64,000 nt of DNA from a virus (Duplodnaviria; Caudoviricetes), in IMG/VR virus record IMGVR_UViG_3300011560_000001, positions 32,001 to 96,000 of that record. The stretch is one strand, 5' to 3'. How positions within the stretch are numbered: the stretch's first letter is position 1; each line of letters opens with the position of its first letter. The notes beneath the pieces are model-generated. The model ran no database searches, was not told where the DNA came from, and saw nothing but the letters and a program-made list of their open reading frames with translations. Position numbers and translations under genes: made by a program. Positions 1 to 9,573 of the stretch are shown here, piece after piece.

Positions 1-1
1 G

Positions 2-226
2 GTAACAGACGATCCGTACTATGTTTTCACAGAGGCTTTCTATCGCAACCAAGCCCCAATGACAATCATTGAGAGTATGGTGCGTGATATGGTCGACGAG
101 AAAGCGATCAGTCATCCAGCATTGAAACAGATGGTTGACGCATTGCCGTTGCTTTCTCCGCTGGATCGTTATTATTTCACACCGTTCGTTATTATGCTGT
201 TACGAGCAGGAGCTATTGAACCATGA
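2..226 (+). CDS. 3' end of a probable virion structural protein (partial; phiKZ gp99-like position)
   Basis: Frame 2 is open from the window edge (...DDPYYVFTEAFYRNQ...LDRYYFTPFVIMLLRAGAIEP*). It ends in an ATGA overlap with the next gene. Confidence 0.6.
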   Translation, partial: VTDDPYYVFTEAFYRNQAPMTIIESMVRDMVDEKAISHPALKQMVDALPLLSPLDRYYFTPFVIMLLRAGAIEP

Positions 227-828
227 GTCTACAACACGTTAAAGATACTCCAACCAAACGTCTATTTGAACGTAAATTCGAATTCTGGATTCCCCGTAAA
301 TTCATGGTGGATAATTACACCAACGAAGTCAGCGGTGTCTACTCTTCAGGGGTTGCAGAAATCGACGATATGACCATGAACGAAGAGGTGCCCGCACAAC
401 TCACGGTACCGCAGGCTGCTGAAAAACATTCTCGTGGTGTCCCTATGCGTATTGCAAATCCTGACGTGAACGCCATGAAGATGTTCATGCTTCTTCTGGA
501 ACACACGGAATACGTTAAATACAATCTTGAAAACGACCCTAATGCGCGCGTACCGTCTCTCGAAGCCAGTCGTATTCTCGAAGAGTTCATGGGTGGTCTG
601 TGGAACGTTGCACGCGGTCGCATTAAAGACCCAACCGAAATGAGCGGATTATCTTCACGTTTGCGTGAAATCGGTCAGCGCCGTAAAATCGGCATCAACC
701 GCGCACGTCGTGGTGGTCTCAATGCAGGCCCAACCGTTGAAGAGCAACTGCAAGCGGTTCGTCACAGCGAATTCCGTGGTACGAAGATCGAAGAATTCAT
801 CATTCAACAACAGCAACGGGGTCGTTAA
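223..828 (+). CDS. conserved hypothetical phage protein
   Basis: 201-aa ORF with GGAG RBS, translationally coupled to both neighbours. Confidence 0.7.
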   Translation: MSLQHVKDTPTKRLFERKFEFWIPRKFMVDNYTNEVSGVYSSGVAEIDDMTMNEEVPAQLTVPQAAEKHSRGVPMRIANPDVNAMKMFMLLLEHTEYVKYNLENDPNARVPSLEASRILEEFMGGLWNVARGRIKDPTEMSGLSSRLREIGQRRKIGINRARRGGLNAGPTVEEQLQAVRHSEFRGTKIEEFIIQQQQRGR

Positions 829-830
829 AC

Positions 831-2198
831 ATGGATTACAAACAGACGCCGTTAGGACGGTATATCGGTACATTTGCGCAGGAAGCAGTTGCTGTTGCGT
901 ATAAAGTCACCGCGGAATTAATCACGCCGTCAATGACGGTGTCTGTTCCTTTAGTGACTCAAGTCCACACGTATCGAGACTATGAACGTAACGCTGGAGA
1001 TGAACTCTATATCTCTGTAAAGTTCCCGCCCGGCAGTTACGGAAAATACATCTTACCGCACCAACAACAACTTAAAATGCGCATCATCGTGCAGGCGTAC
1101 AGCCTGATGCGCGGACAACGCCAAACCGTAGACGATGCCGCACAAGCTTACGTCTACCGAGCGGTTTGTTTAACAACCGTAGACAGTCGTATGTCTGCTA
1201 CCGACGAACGTACCGCAACCGATTCTTCGAAGAAAGACTACGAACAAATGGTCGATCTTCAATTTCAACTGTTCGATCCTGTTCTTGAAAGCTTCATGCA
1301 ATCAGAAACCGGTGAAAACTATACCGGGTCGAAAGTGCTGGATGTGTTACGGCTCGAATTCAGCAAGATACTTTCTGCGGTTGAAGCCGACACCGGGTTC
1401 AAAATGCAGGGCGTGGATATTGTTGCACCGAATAACGACAACCTGTTCAAGTTGCTTATTCTTCCGCACGGTACCAACGCAATGGATCTCGTAGACAAAA
1501 TCCAGAACCAGGTCGGTATTTATTCGGCGGATGTCGGTTGTTATTACCAATCTCCGTATCTGTATATTTATCCTCTCTATGACGAAACCCGTTTCTCTGA
1601 CGGTCGGCGCACGGCTATCTTTTACAACTATCCTGCCGATATGTTTCCGGGTATGGACAAGACCTGGATCAATCGTGACAAATACGTGGAAATTGCATGT
1701 ACGAGAGGGGCGTCGGTAAGCGACATCAATAACGCGGCTTCGTTGTTAGGTAATGCGGGTGGGCGTTTTGTTTCGGCAAGTCAGATGAGTCAGGGAATGA
1801 CATTATCAAAAGGGGGCGATACAATAATCAGTCGTACTGTAAACGTTAGCGAGTACGTAACTGAAGAACGTAGCGATAACGTGAAGGTGGCGAAAGGGAT
1901 GGGACGCGTAACCGATAACCGATGGCGTGAATTAAGTAATACTGCTGGATTACGCGGTAGAACAATGCAGTTGGTGTGGGAATACGCAAACATGGATTTG
2001 TTGTATCCTGGCATGCCTGCTAAAGTTGTGTGGATGCAGGATAACAATCTCTGCGAAGCATACGGGGTTATCATGCGTACCGATTGCGCTGTAACGATGG
2101 CAGGTTCTTCTGTACGTGAACCGCAGTGGACATGCCATGGTACGGTCACGTTATGGCTTGCACCAGAAAAAGACAACACCGTTCGTCCAACCGTTTAG
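831..2198 (+). CDS. virion tail/baseplate protein, possibly hub-like (phiKZ gp101-like)
   Basis: 455 aa; LYIYPLY and C-terminal VWEYANMDLLYPGMPAKV resemble baseplate hub-type proteins; gene context. Confidence 0.5.
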   Translation: MDYKQTPLGRYIGTFAQEAVAVAYKVTAELITPSMTVSVPLVTQVHTYRDYERNAGDELYISVKFPPGSYGKYILPHQQQLKMRIIVQAYSLMRGQRQTVDDAAQAYVYRAVCLTTVDSRMSATDERTATDSSKKDYEQMVDLQFQLFDPVLESFMQSETGENYTGSKVLDVLRLEFSKILSAVEADTGFKMQGVDIVAPNNDNLFKLLILPHGTNAMDLVDKIQNQVGIYSADVGCYYQSPYLYIYPLYDETRFSDGRRTAIFYNYPADMFPGMDKTWINRDKYVEIACTRGASVSDINNAASLLGNAGGRFVSASQMSQGMTLSKGGDTIISRTVNVSEYVTEERSDNVKVAKGMGRVTDNRWRELSNTAGLRGRTMQLVWEYANMDLLYPGMPAKVVWMQDNNLCEAYGVIMRTDCAVTMAGSSVREPQWTCHGTVTLWLAPEKDNTVRPTV

Positions 2199-2214
2199 CT
2201 GTAGTGAGTACATC

Positions 2215-2847
2215 ATGCTTTCGGAGATTAAGAAATTAAACCAATGGATATTCAACAAGGAAATCATCAAATTCCTTCCTATTGATTTGCGTAATGTTAA
2301 CTGGGCTATCGTCAATAAATATAGCGCGTATCCCAACCTAATGGAACTTGCGGCAAAGTGGAACATCCAAGCAGATTATGAATTGGCTGAAGAACTTAAA
2401 CCTTTGAAAATATTGGTTGACCGTTTACAACCCGTTCATCGTCATCAAAAGGCCATCTTGTATCGCGGTGTGTTTCCAGACACGATGAAAGAAGAATGGA
2501 ATATCTTCGACGTGCCAATTGCGTCGATTCGGAAAATGAAGCCGGGTGAAACGATGGGAATGACTTTGGATTTCCCTGTTTCGTTCACAGATACTCCAAA
2601 TATCGCACGGCGGTTTGGTAACGTACTTATCCGATATGATGCAACACCACACATCGGTGAGTACCTCCGTTTCACCGATGAGCTTCAAGTCGCCATGTTC
2701 CAATTTCTGACGGGTTCTGCCCGCATCGATGAGCGAGAAGACAACGTCCCGCTATCGCAACGCGAATATGTCTCATTGCCATCAGCACCAATAACCTTCC
2801 AAGTTGAGATCGTTCGTAACACTCCTGGTTCCTTCGATCATTGGTGA
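2215..2847 (+). CDS. putative ADP-ribosyltransferase (R-S-E clade)
   Basis: Ordered motifs ILYRG...PVSFTD..NIARRFG...SQREYV. Start moved to ATG 2215 to avoid overlap with the upstream gene. Confidence 0.6.
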   Translation: MLSEIKKLNQWIFNKEIIKFLPIDLRNVNWAIVNKYSAYPNLMELAAKWNIQADYELAEELKPLKILVDRLQPVHRHQKAILYRGVFPDTMKEEWNIFDVPIASIRKMKPGETMGMTLDFPVSFTDTPNIARRFGNVLIRYDATPHIGEYLRFTDELQVAMFQFLTGSARIDEREDNVPLSQREYVSLPSAPITFQVEIVRNTPGSFDHW

Positions 2848-2853
2848 TATATC

Positions 2854-2885
2854 CCCTCTCCCTTCCCTGACGGGTTGGGAGAGGG
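2854..2885 (+). terminator. repeated hairpin element copy 1
   Basis: CCCTCTCCC-TT-CCC-TGAC-GGG-TT-GGGAGAGGG followed by TTCTATGC. Confidence 0.7.
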
Positions 2886-2920
2886 TTCTATGCTGTCTTA
2901 TTTCGCATTACTCCAGTTTA

Positions 2921-2945
2921 TTTCACGACTACATTACCTAGGTGA
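2921..2945 (+). promoter_or_regulatory. putative early (virion RNAP) promoter
   Basis: TTTCACGACTACATTACCTAGGTGA; five related copies in the window; resembles the phiKZ early TATATTAC core. Confidence 0.7.
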
Positions 2946-3147
2946 TAACAGCGGTTACTGTTATCGCTGTAAATTTCTCTTAATAATCGAGGATACAGTC
3001 ATGACCTTATTAATACGCGACCCGTCAGAATACGAAAACACGCGTTATAACCATAACCAGTTCGGCAATAATTTCTAACATAGAACGATCAATCTATGCA
3101 TTGATTCTTCTATCCGCAATCCACCTAACATAGAAAGGTAAAATACG

Positions 3148-3717
3148 ATGTTTAATCCAGAAATCATGATTCTTGATCCTTGGTACCTCAACAAACTTCC
3201 AGGAATCAAAATGCCAGGTGACCCTCACGCATTTGATTTGATGGTTGTTGCTGAAGTTACCAGCAACACGGTTAACACCATCGACGATGACGAGGTTCCT
3301 GTTGAAGAGGTGTTCTCTGTTACGACGACATTACTGGAAAGTCGCGAGCTGACCGAAAACGGCAGCGCCGATGAAATCATTCCTATCGATGGTGAGATGG
3401 AGATCATGTTAACACAGGTCGAGTTGCAACATCGTGTCGCACCAACAAAAGACACGCCGTATGACAATGAACCTGCAGAACAACCTGATGAAAACGGTCG
3501 AGTGAAACTTGCTGACATCGACGACGATGCTCTCGAAGAGATCGACGAAAACGAAGAAACGAACTTCTACCAAGCTGAAGCGAAAGAAGCGTTTGATAAA
3601 GCGGTTCAGCAAGATCGACGCATCACCGAGAAGATGATTCAGCAACAACTTATCGGTAAACGTCTTAAGCTCGAATTCGCAAGCGGGGTGCTTACTACCT
3701 GGTCACTCATCGTCTAA
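3148..3717 (+). CDS. acidic hypothetical early protein
   Basis: 189 aa, D/E-rich, AAGG RBS, downstream of the early promoter. Confidence 0.75.
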   Translation: MFNPEIMILDPWYLNKLPGIKMPGDPHAFDLMVVAEVTSNTVNTIDDDEVPVEEVFSVTTTLLESRELTENGSADEIIPIDGEMEIMLTQVELQHRVAPTKDTPYDNEPAEQPDENGRVKLADIDDDALEEIDENEETNFYQAEAKEAFDKAVQQDRRITEKMIQQQLIGKRLKLEFASGVLTTWSLIV

Positions 3718-3787
3718 AACCGAAACAACGTTTTCATTTCCCAATCACATACCCAACAATCTAAATCCAATTAAGAGGACAACATCT

Positions 3788-4189
3788 ATGTTTAATATTC
3801 TTAGTGTACCACGTTCCCCTGTCAGTTCTTACTTCGGTATTATGACCAGTAAAGAACACAATGTGGAATATACTGTTATCGCTAAAGATCCATCACCGAT
3901 CAACGTAACGTTTGCTGAAGGTACTACCGAACTCGTTCCGTTAAATGGCGAATTCAGTAAACCTGTTAACGGCGTCTACGAACTTATCACTCGCGATCCG
4001 AATAACAACGCGACCTACCGTGTGGTGTGTGCGTTCAACAATAACAAACTGGTTATTGTTGCGGATAGCCGTGGGTTATCGTGGATGGCTGAGGAAGGCA
4101 CACATCGTTACTACGAAGAGTGCTTACGAACCGCAGGCATCTACGATCTGGTAATGGACGCCCGTGCTAAAAACGACCGTATGTTTTAA
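3788..4189 (+). CDS. hypothetical protein
   Basis: 133 aa with GAGG RBS. Confidence 0.75.
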   Translation: MFNILSVPRSPVSSYFGIMTSKEHNVEYTVIAKDPSPINVTFAEGTTELVPLNGEFSKPVNGVYELITRDPNNNATYRVVCAFNNNKLVIVADSRGLSWMAEEGTHRYYEECLRTAGIYDLVMDARAKNDRMF

Positions 4190-4195
4190 ATTATC

Positions 4196-4522
4196 ATGAT
4201 TACTCGAGAAATCATTTACGACGCTATTATCGAATGCCGCCATCGTGTCATGCGTGGAACGGTATACAACTACCACTTAAACAACATTATCAGTGAATGT
4301 ACGGCGGTGATGACTAGCGCGCTGGGTAAACCTAGCGCTATCGCACTTTATCCAAACATCACTGAACAGGAGCAAATCAATATCGAAAACCAACGTCGAG
4401 TGAATCGCCAATACGATGTAACGGCTATGCACGCATGGCTTATCGTCGCAGCGAAACTCAACACACTTCTCAATGAGAATGGTTGGAAATTCTCACCAAG
4501 CGAATTTATGACAATAAGTTAA
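4196..4522 (+). CDS. hypothetical protein
   Basis: 108 aa, operon position, followed by a hairpin element. Confidence 0.65.
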   Translation: MITREIIYDAIIECRHRVMRGTVYNYHLNNIISECTAVMTSALGKPSAIALYPNITEQEQINIENQRRVNRQYDVTAMHAWLIVAAKLNTLLNENGWKFSPSEFMTIS

Positions 4523-4537
4523 TCGTAGCGGTCATAA

Positions 4538-4569
4538 CCCTCCTCCTTCCCTGACGGGTTGGAGGAGGG
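4538..4569. terminator. repeated hairpin element copy 2 (convergent junction)
   Basis: CCCTCCTCC-TT-CCC-TGAC-GGG-TT-GGAGGAGGG. Confidence 0.75.
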
Positions 4570-4593
4570 AACCGTACAATCTTTTTTTTGCGT

Positions 4594-6204
4594 TTAAAAT
4601 TCTAAATCAAATTGTAATTCATTACTCGGTGCTGCGTTTTCATCGAACTTGTTCCATGGACCTTTGCCTCCCTCGGAGACTGGTTGTCCGCCAACCTTAC
4701 GGCAGTATACTGCTTTCTTACCGTAATCATCAGGAAGCATCCCGATGGTTTGGAATGGCATCGTGAAATGTTTATCCTCAGGTTTCGTTGAACCGTTATC
4801 CGGTTGACGGTCTTTCCCTAACGCAAAGACCTGCCAGCTTTGACGCTTACCCGGTTCCTTAACGATATCAACAATCACTTCAAGATCGATCTCACGGTCA
4901 ATCCCTTTACAACCATCCCAGTAACTTAATCCTGCGACTTGGTCAACAAACTCTTCATCGTTACCATCACGTGCACGCATCTTCGCGTCGGATGACAGCT
5001 GATGTACGGTCATACCTAAAATACGTTTAACACTGCAGAGGTTACGAACTTTGTTGAAGAGTTCTTGGAGCCATGCGCCGGTCGGTCCATTTCTATCCAG
5101 CCCTTCCGATGAGAACATTTTCAGATAGTCAATGAACAACGCCATGACCTCATAACCCATGCGTTCGAAATGGTCGATGAGATTAGCGAGTTGTTTGTAA
5201 CTCATCCCATCAACACGACGCATACAAACAGAGAAACCCGCATCGTTGAACACCTTCAACACATAACGTGATGCCTCGCGAGGGTCAATCTTACGAATAT
5301 CGACATATTCGCCTGTTTCCTGTTCTCGCATGTTCTTGTATATCTGAAGCGTGTTTTCTTCTACTTCGTTTTCCGTCGACAAATGAATCAGTAATGCTTT
5401 CTTTGCTCGCTCCGGAAAAAAGAAATGAGGTTTATTGTACAATGCCAGATGCGTGAACAGTTTTAACAACACGCCCGACTTATTTCGGTGCTGCATCGCA
5501 CCAATCAGTCCTAAGGTACCGCGACGTAAAACGCCGACCGACCCCAACATTTTATTAAAGCCTTGCCAGCCGGTTACAAATCCACCTTCAGGACTGTTAC
5601 GTTCCATCGCTTTGACGAACATACGTTCGACTTTCTCGATATCGTCTTCGCTGTCAGCGATAAAGCCGTCAATCATACACGACATCTCTTCGGGATTTTC
5701 GGTATCCATTTCGATACTGTCTAGCGATAATTTCAGATTCGCCATCGCATCGAAAAATTCTTTATCCCCAAGTCGCCCGTTACTGATATCCATGTACGTG
5801 TTTCTAAAGGTTTCGAAAACACGTCGGCGGGTAACCAGGTTACGCAATTCGTTGTAATAAAGCGAACAGACCTTACTGATATGAGCATCGTCTTCGATAT
5901 CGTACAGTCCGTCGGCAAGAATCTCGTAAAGATTGCTTTGCTCAAGGCAATCTAAACGTATCCTTTGTAACAACTGTTGTTTGTCGAAAGGTTCCGATAA
6001 CGGTTGTTCCAGCATCCAATGAATGGTATTCATCAGGTTGTTGAAAACCTCTCTATCTATGTCCGTAGCGAGATGGTTTTTCGGGGGTTCGACTTTATCT
6101 AAGACGGATTTAACATGGTCGATCGTACTGGGATCGGGATGGTTCAATTGTGCGTTACGAAACAGTAACGTAATAATCTTAATGGCTATCTGTTTTGGGT
6201 CCAT
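4594..6204 (-). CDS. dnaB: DnaB-like replicative helicase (phiKZ gp118-like)
   Basis: TGWQGFNKMLG, divergent Walker A GAMQHRNKSG, LSTENE, FIDYL, TVHQLS. Start at MDPKQ has an AAGGA RBS. Confidence 0.85.
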   Translation of the reverse strand: MDPKQIAIKIITLLFRNAQLNHPDPSTIDHVKSVLDKVEPPKNHLATDIDREVFNNLMNTIHWMLEQPLSEPFDKQQLLQRIRLDCLEQSNLYEILADGLYDIEDDAHISKVCSLYYNELRNLVTRRRVFETFRNTYMDISNGRLGDKEFFDAMANLKLSLDSIEMDTENPEEMSCMIDGFIADSEDDIEKVERMFVKAMERNSPEGGFVTGWQGFNKMLGSVGVLRRGTLGLIGAMQHRNKSGVLLKLFTHLALYNKPHFFFPERAKKALLIHLSTENEVEENTLQIYKNMREQETGEYVDIRKIDPREASRYVLKVFNDAGFSVCMRRVDGMSYKQLANLIDHFERMGYEVMALFIDYLKMFSSEGLDRNGPTGAWLQELFNKVRNLCSVKRILGMTVHQLSSDAKMRARDGNDEEFVDQVAGLSYWDGCKGIDREIDLEVIVDIVKEPGKRQSWQVFALGKDRQPDNGSTKPEDKHFTMPFQTIGMLPDDYGKKAVYCRKVGGQPVSEGGKGPWNKFDENAAPSNELQFDLEF

Positions 6205-6243
6205 CGACTCAATCCTTTCGATACTTGCAAAGAGGTAATCATA

Positions 6244-6864
6244 ATGAAGGAACTCCGATATCTCGTCGTTCCGAATTGGGTAGAACACGCGATTATTCGA
6301 AATGCGCGTGATGACTTACAGGTGTTATTGGATCCTAAAAGTCTTTTCGGCATACTATCGCCCAATGATGTAGGTTTTTATTTCGCGGCTCAAAACGTGC
6401 CTTTCTTCATCACGAAAGAACACGAACAAGCGAACCCTGCGGTTCATCTTAACAACCTGCTTGGTGGTATGTTTGCGTATCACTATGACGAAACAGGTTT
6501 GCCGCCAGAGAAGAATGTTGATGTGCTGTGTGAGTACATCAATCGTTATGACAATGGTTATTACCATTTACTGACGAGCTATCCGCGTGATATTGAACGT
6601 CGTTTGGCGGATCCAACTTACAGCCCAGACAAACGTCCGTTGAGTGTTCGGGTGCGTTATGTTAATGAGGATGTGATCGCGATTGTTGTCGATTGTCTTC
6701 CTTTATTGGCAGAAGAGTTATTGAGCGATCGTATTGCTGATAACTACAGCGCCGTTATTGAACATCTGCGAATTAATATGAGTCTTGCGGAAGTTGCGCA
6801 ATTGCCGCTGTTCCGTTCATATTGCACCAATCGTTCCATCCATTATCGCCTGCGTCGTTTGTGA
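6244..6864 (+). CDS. conserved protein upstream of MCP (phiKZ gp119-like position)
   Basis: 206 aa, GAGG RBS, gene order helicase-X-MCP. Confidence 0.65.
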   Translation: MKELRYLVVPNWVEHAIIRNARDDLQVLLDPKSLFGILSPNDVGFYFAAQNVPFFITKEHEQANPAVHLNNLLGGMFAYHYDETGLPPEKNVDVLCEYINRYDNGYYHLLTSYPRDIERRLADPTYSPDKRPLSVRVRYVNEDVIAIVVDCLPLLAEELLSDRIADNYSAVIEHLRINMSLAEVAQLPLFRSYCTNRSIHYRLRRL

Positions 6865-7013
6865 CGTAGGGAAAAGTTATGCGGCATTTTTAGTGTTGTA
6901 TCACAACCTCAATAACGGTAAGTGTTTACTGATACTATAGTGGCGCATGCACGCGTGTACGCTATGGTCTATCGACCGACTTATATAAGTTAATTCTGTA
7001 AAGGATACTTTCA

Positions 7014-9236
7014 ATGAATGATAAAACCCTTCTTAGCCAACAGGTCGCGGCCACTCGCCAGTTCCTGACCGCTAATGGTAGCAAACCAGCAGACAAAGGT
7101 CTGGAGAACACCTTCCTGTCTATGGAATCTGCTTCTAAGGTTGATTTCAAATCCATGGACAAACTGGTTAACGATATGGATGTTAAGAGCTTCAGCAGCG
7201 ACATCCGTAAAGCAGAAGAACCGGTTCTGTCCATGCTGGGCTTCGAAACCACCACTCCGGAAGAGAAGCAGCGTATTGAAGAACAGTTGTTCACCATGAA
7301 CGCACAGCAGGCTCGTGCAGCAGCATTGATCATGCTGGCTCATGGCAACCCGGTAGAATATGCTAAACAAGCACGTTCCATGAACATCAGCACCACTCCG
7401 TCTGGCCGTGAAGTTGACAGCTCTAACTTCGTCATGATGGCTGCTGATTCCTGCGGTTGCGAATCTGAAGAACTGGTTCAGCTGTCCTACGACCAGAAAG
7501 AACTGCGTGACATGATGCCGTACTCCGTTGTGTTCAACGTGAAGGCTTCTCGTCTGAGCCGCATGGGTAACGAACTGTACAACACCATCGTTCTGGCTCC
7601 GAACCAGATCGGTTATGACGTATCTTTCCGTCGTCCGCTGGTGTTCAACCACCTGCGCCGTAACGCTGACGGTACTCCGGCTGATTGGGTACGTCGTCCG
7701 CTGCTGGATGCGTTCATGTACAACGACGTTCTGTCCAATGACGTGACCGATCTGCATCCGATCTATCGTGCTGACGATGCTAACGCGCAGTACTTCGTTG
7801 ACAAAACTATCGTTGCTCCGCGTGACATCGAGATCAAAGGTGTAACTTACAAAACGTCTTACCTGGCTGTTGATAAACTGATCGACATGATCGGTATCGC
7901 TGAAGACGATAGCATTCTGGCTAACGGTTACAGCGACAACACCGATGCGCTGGATGCTCAGATCACGCTGACCAAAATCCTGGTGGAAATCAAATCCGCT
8001 AAGCACAGCAAGACCTCTTACGTTCCGTTCGACGTATCCGGTCTGATTACCAACGGTTTCCAGAAATCCCTGGAAGGCGACTTCCGCAAAATGACCCTGG
8101 CGTTCGACACCCACTCCATCTTCGTTGATGAGAACACTGTTGACGTTAAAGGTGCGAAAGCTGAAGCGCTGCAAGACATCATCGATGCGAAATCTGCTGC
8201 TCAGCTGGCTATCGAAGTTTACGGTTCTTCCAACGTAGAGAAAGCAGGTCTGCGTGTTAACGGTGCTAACGCTGAACTGTATCGCCTGGTTGATCAGGAC
8301 AACATCGAACAGCCGCGTAAGAGCCAAGAATTTAAAGACCTGGCTGACGACCTGAGCTTCAAACTGGTTGGTTACGAACTGCGTATCCGCCGTAACAACA
8401 GCAACCGTCGTGAACGTGGTAAGCACCTTGACTTCAACATGAAGCAAGAGCGTTACGCAATCGGCCTGCTGGCTCCGTTCTCTATTCCTCGTCCGCTGGA
8501 TTGGGAAGAAAACGCTGCTGACCTGGACGTTCTGATCCAAGCTGCTAACGCACGTTTCGACAACCTGATGGTTGAGAAACTGTTCAGCTACAAAGATGCA
8601 CTGAAAGCGGTTGCGACCTCTCGCTTCCGTCAGTTCGGTGACATCCAGATCGAAGGTTTCGGTCGTTACCTGATTCGTCCGTGGTTCGAAGAAATCAATC
8701 TGGACCTGGCGAAATCTGTTCAGGGTACCACCACTGCAGAACGTCGTGCTGAAGTGTCCGCTGCGATCATGAACGTGATTCGTGAGATGGCATACCGCAT
8801 GTACTCCGAGTCTGGTTATCAGCCAGCTCTGCAGCTGCTGTCTTCCAACGCTGATGAGAAACCGCGTTGCGTGGTAGCGACCGACAACTACATCCCGCAG
8901 TTCCTGCAGACCGATGGTGATTTCCGTACCGTTGGTGTAAGCTTCAACTTCGTGGTTGTAGATAACCCGAACGTCCTGCTGCGTGATAAGATCTTCGTGA
9001 CCCTGTCTCGTGGTATCCAGGGTTCTCCGGATCCGCTGACCTTCGGTATGTTCCTGTACGTACCGGAACTGGTATCTGTTGCTCAGGTTACCCGTAACGG
9101 TCAGGTTTCTAAAGAAACCATGGTTCAGCCTCGCTGCCGCTTCGTTAACAACTGCCCGCTGCTGGGTCTGATTAACGTTGTGAACCTGCGTAAGGTCTAC
9201 ACCGAAAACATCAAGCTGCCGGTTCAGACTAACTGA
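7014..9236 (+). CDS. major capsid protein precursor (phiKZ gp120-like)
   Basis: 740 aa with extreme optimal-codon bias; N-terminal propeptide with SME/GFE-type sites; RNNSNRRERG and C-terminal ETMVQPR..FVNNCPLLG..NV; gene order. Confidence 0.9.
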   Translation: MNDKTLLSQQVAATRQFLTANGSKPADKGLENTFLSMESASKVDFKSMDKLVNDMDVKSFSSDIRKAEEPVLSMLGFETTTPEEKQRIEEQLFTMNAQQARAAALIMLAHGNPVEYAKQARSMNISTTPSGREVDSSNFVMMAADSCGCESEELVQLSYDQKELRDMMPYSVVFNVKASRLSRMGNELYNTIVLAPNQIGYDVSFRRPLVFNHLRRNADGTPADWVRRPLLDAFMYNDVLSNDVTDLHPIYRADDANAQYFVDKTIVAPRDIEIKGVTYKTSYLAVDKLIDMIGIAEDDSILANGYSDNTDALDAQITLTKILVEIKSAKHSKTSYVPFDVSGLITNGFQKSLEGDFRKMTLAFDTHSIFVDENTVDVKGAKAEALQDIIDAKSAAQLAIEVYGSSNVEKAGLRVNGANAELYRLVDQDNIEQPRKSQEFKDLADDLSFKLVGYELRIRRNNSNRRERGKHLDFNMKQERYAIGLLAPFSIPRPLDWEENAADLDVLIQAANARFDNLMVEKLFSYKDALKAVATSRFRQFGDIQIEGFGRYLIRPWFEEINLDLAKSVQGTTTAERRAEVSAAIMNVIREMAYRMYSESGYQPALQLLSSNADEKPRCVVATDNYIPQFLQTDGDFRTVGVSFNFVVVDNPNVLLRDKIFVTLSRGIQGSPDPLTFGMFLYVPELVSVAQVTRNGQVSKETMVQPRCRFVNNCPLLGLINVVNLRKVYTENIKLPVQTN

Positions 9237-9323
9237 ACTACCGTAGCTGCTTCGTTGGATGATATTCTTGATGACAACGTTGCGGATGGTTTCATTGCAC
9301 CGGACATTCATCCGGCACCGTGA
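9237..9323 (+). other. putative stop-codon readthrough extension of MCP (28 aa)
   Basis: In frame after TGA: TTVAASLDDILDDNVADGFIAPDIHPAP*. Matches the C-terminus of the 35289-35819 protein. Confidence 0.65.
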
Positions 9324-9334
9324 TACATAAGTCA

Positions 9335-9366
9335 GCCTCCCTCAGCCCGTAAGGGTTGGGGGAGGT
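9335..9366 (+). terminator. repeated hairpin element copy 3 (ends the MCP transcript after the extension)
   Basis: GCCTCCCTCAGCCC-GTAA-GGGTTGGGGGAGGT followed by TTCTATGC. Confidence 0.7.
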
Positions 9367-9399
9367 TTCTATGCCGTTTATCGTTGCGAATAGAAAAAA

Positions 9400-9424
9400 T
9401 TTGACGCTTACATTACCTAGGTGA
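9400..9424 (+). promoter_or_regulatory. putative early promoter
   Basis: TTTGACGCTTACATTACCTAGGTGA. Confidence 0.65.
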
Positions 9425-9573
9425 CAGAAGCCTGCGATTAATAAGGCATAGACAGCACGTAAGGTCGTTCTCGCGCTAGGGGCGATACTGAAACCGTCGG
9501 CTGTCGGTTTGATAAGAACAAGAAAAGGGAAATGCATCATGCATGATATTTTTCAATCTGATGGAGGTTGACA

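Noticed and set aside
9234-9290. Selenocysteine insertion (SECIS) at the MCP UGA
   Set aside because: No redox-motif context and the stem does not clearly match an E. coli SECIS; ordinary leaky readthrough is simpler
7011-9311. 766-aa antisense ORF opposite the MCP
   Set aside because: It is in exact codon register with the MCP and is explained by avoidance of TTA/CTA/TCA codons in a highly optimised gene. It has no RBS or recognisable motifs.
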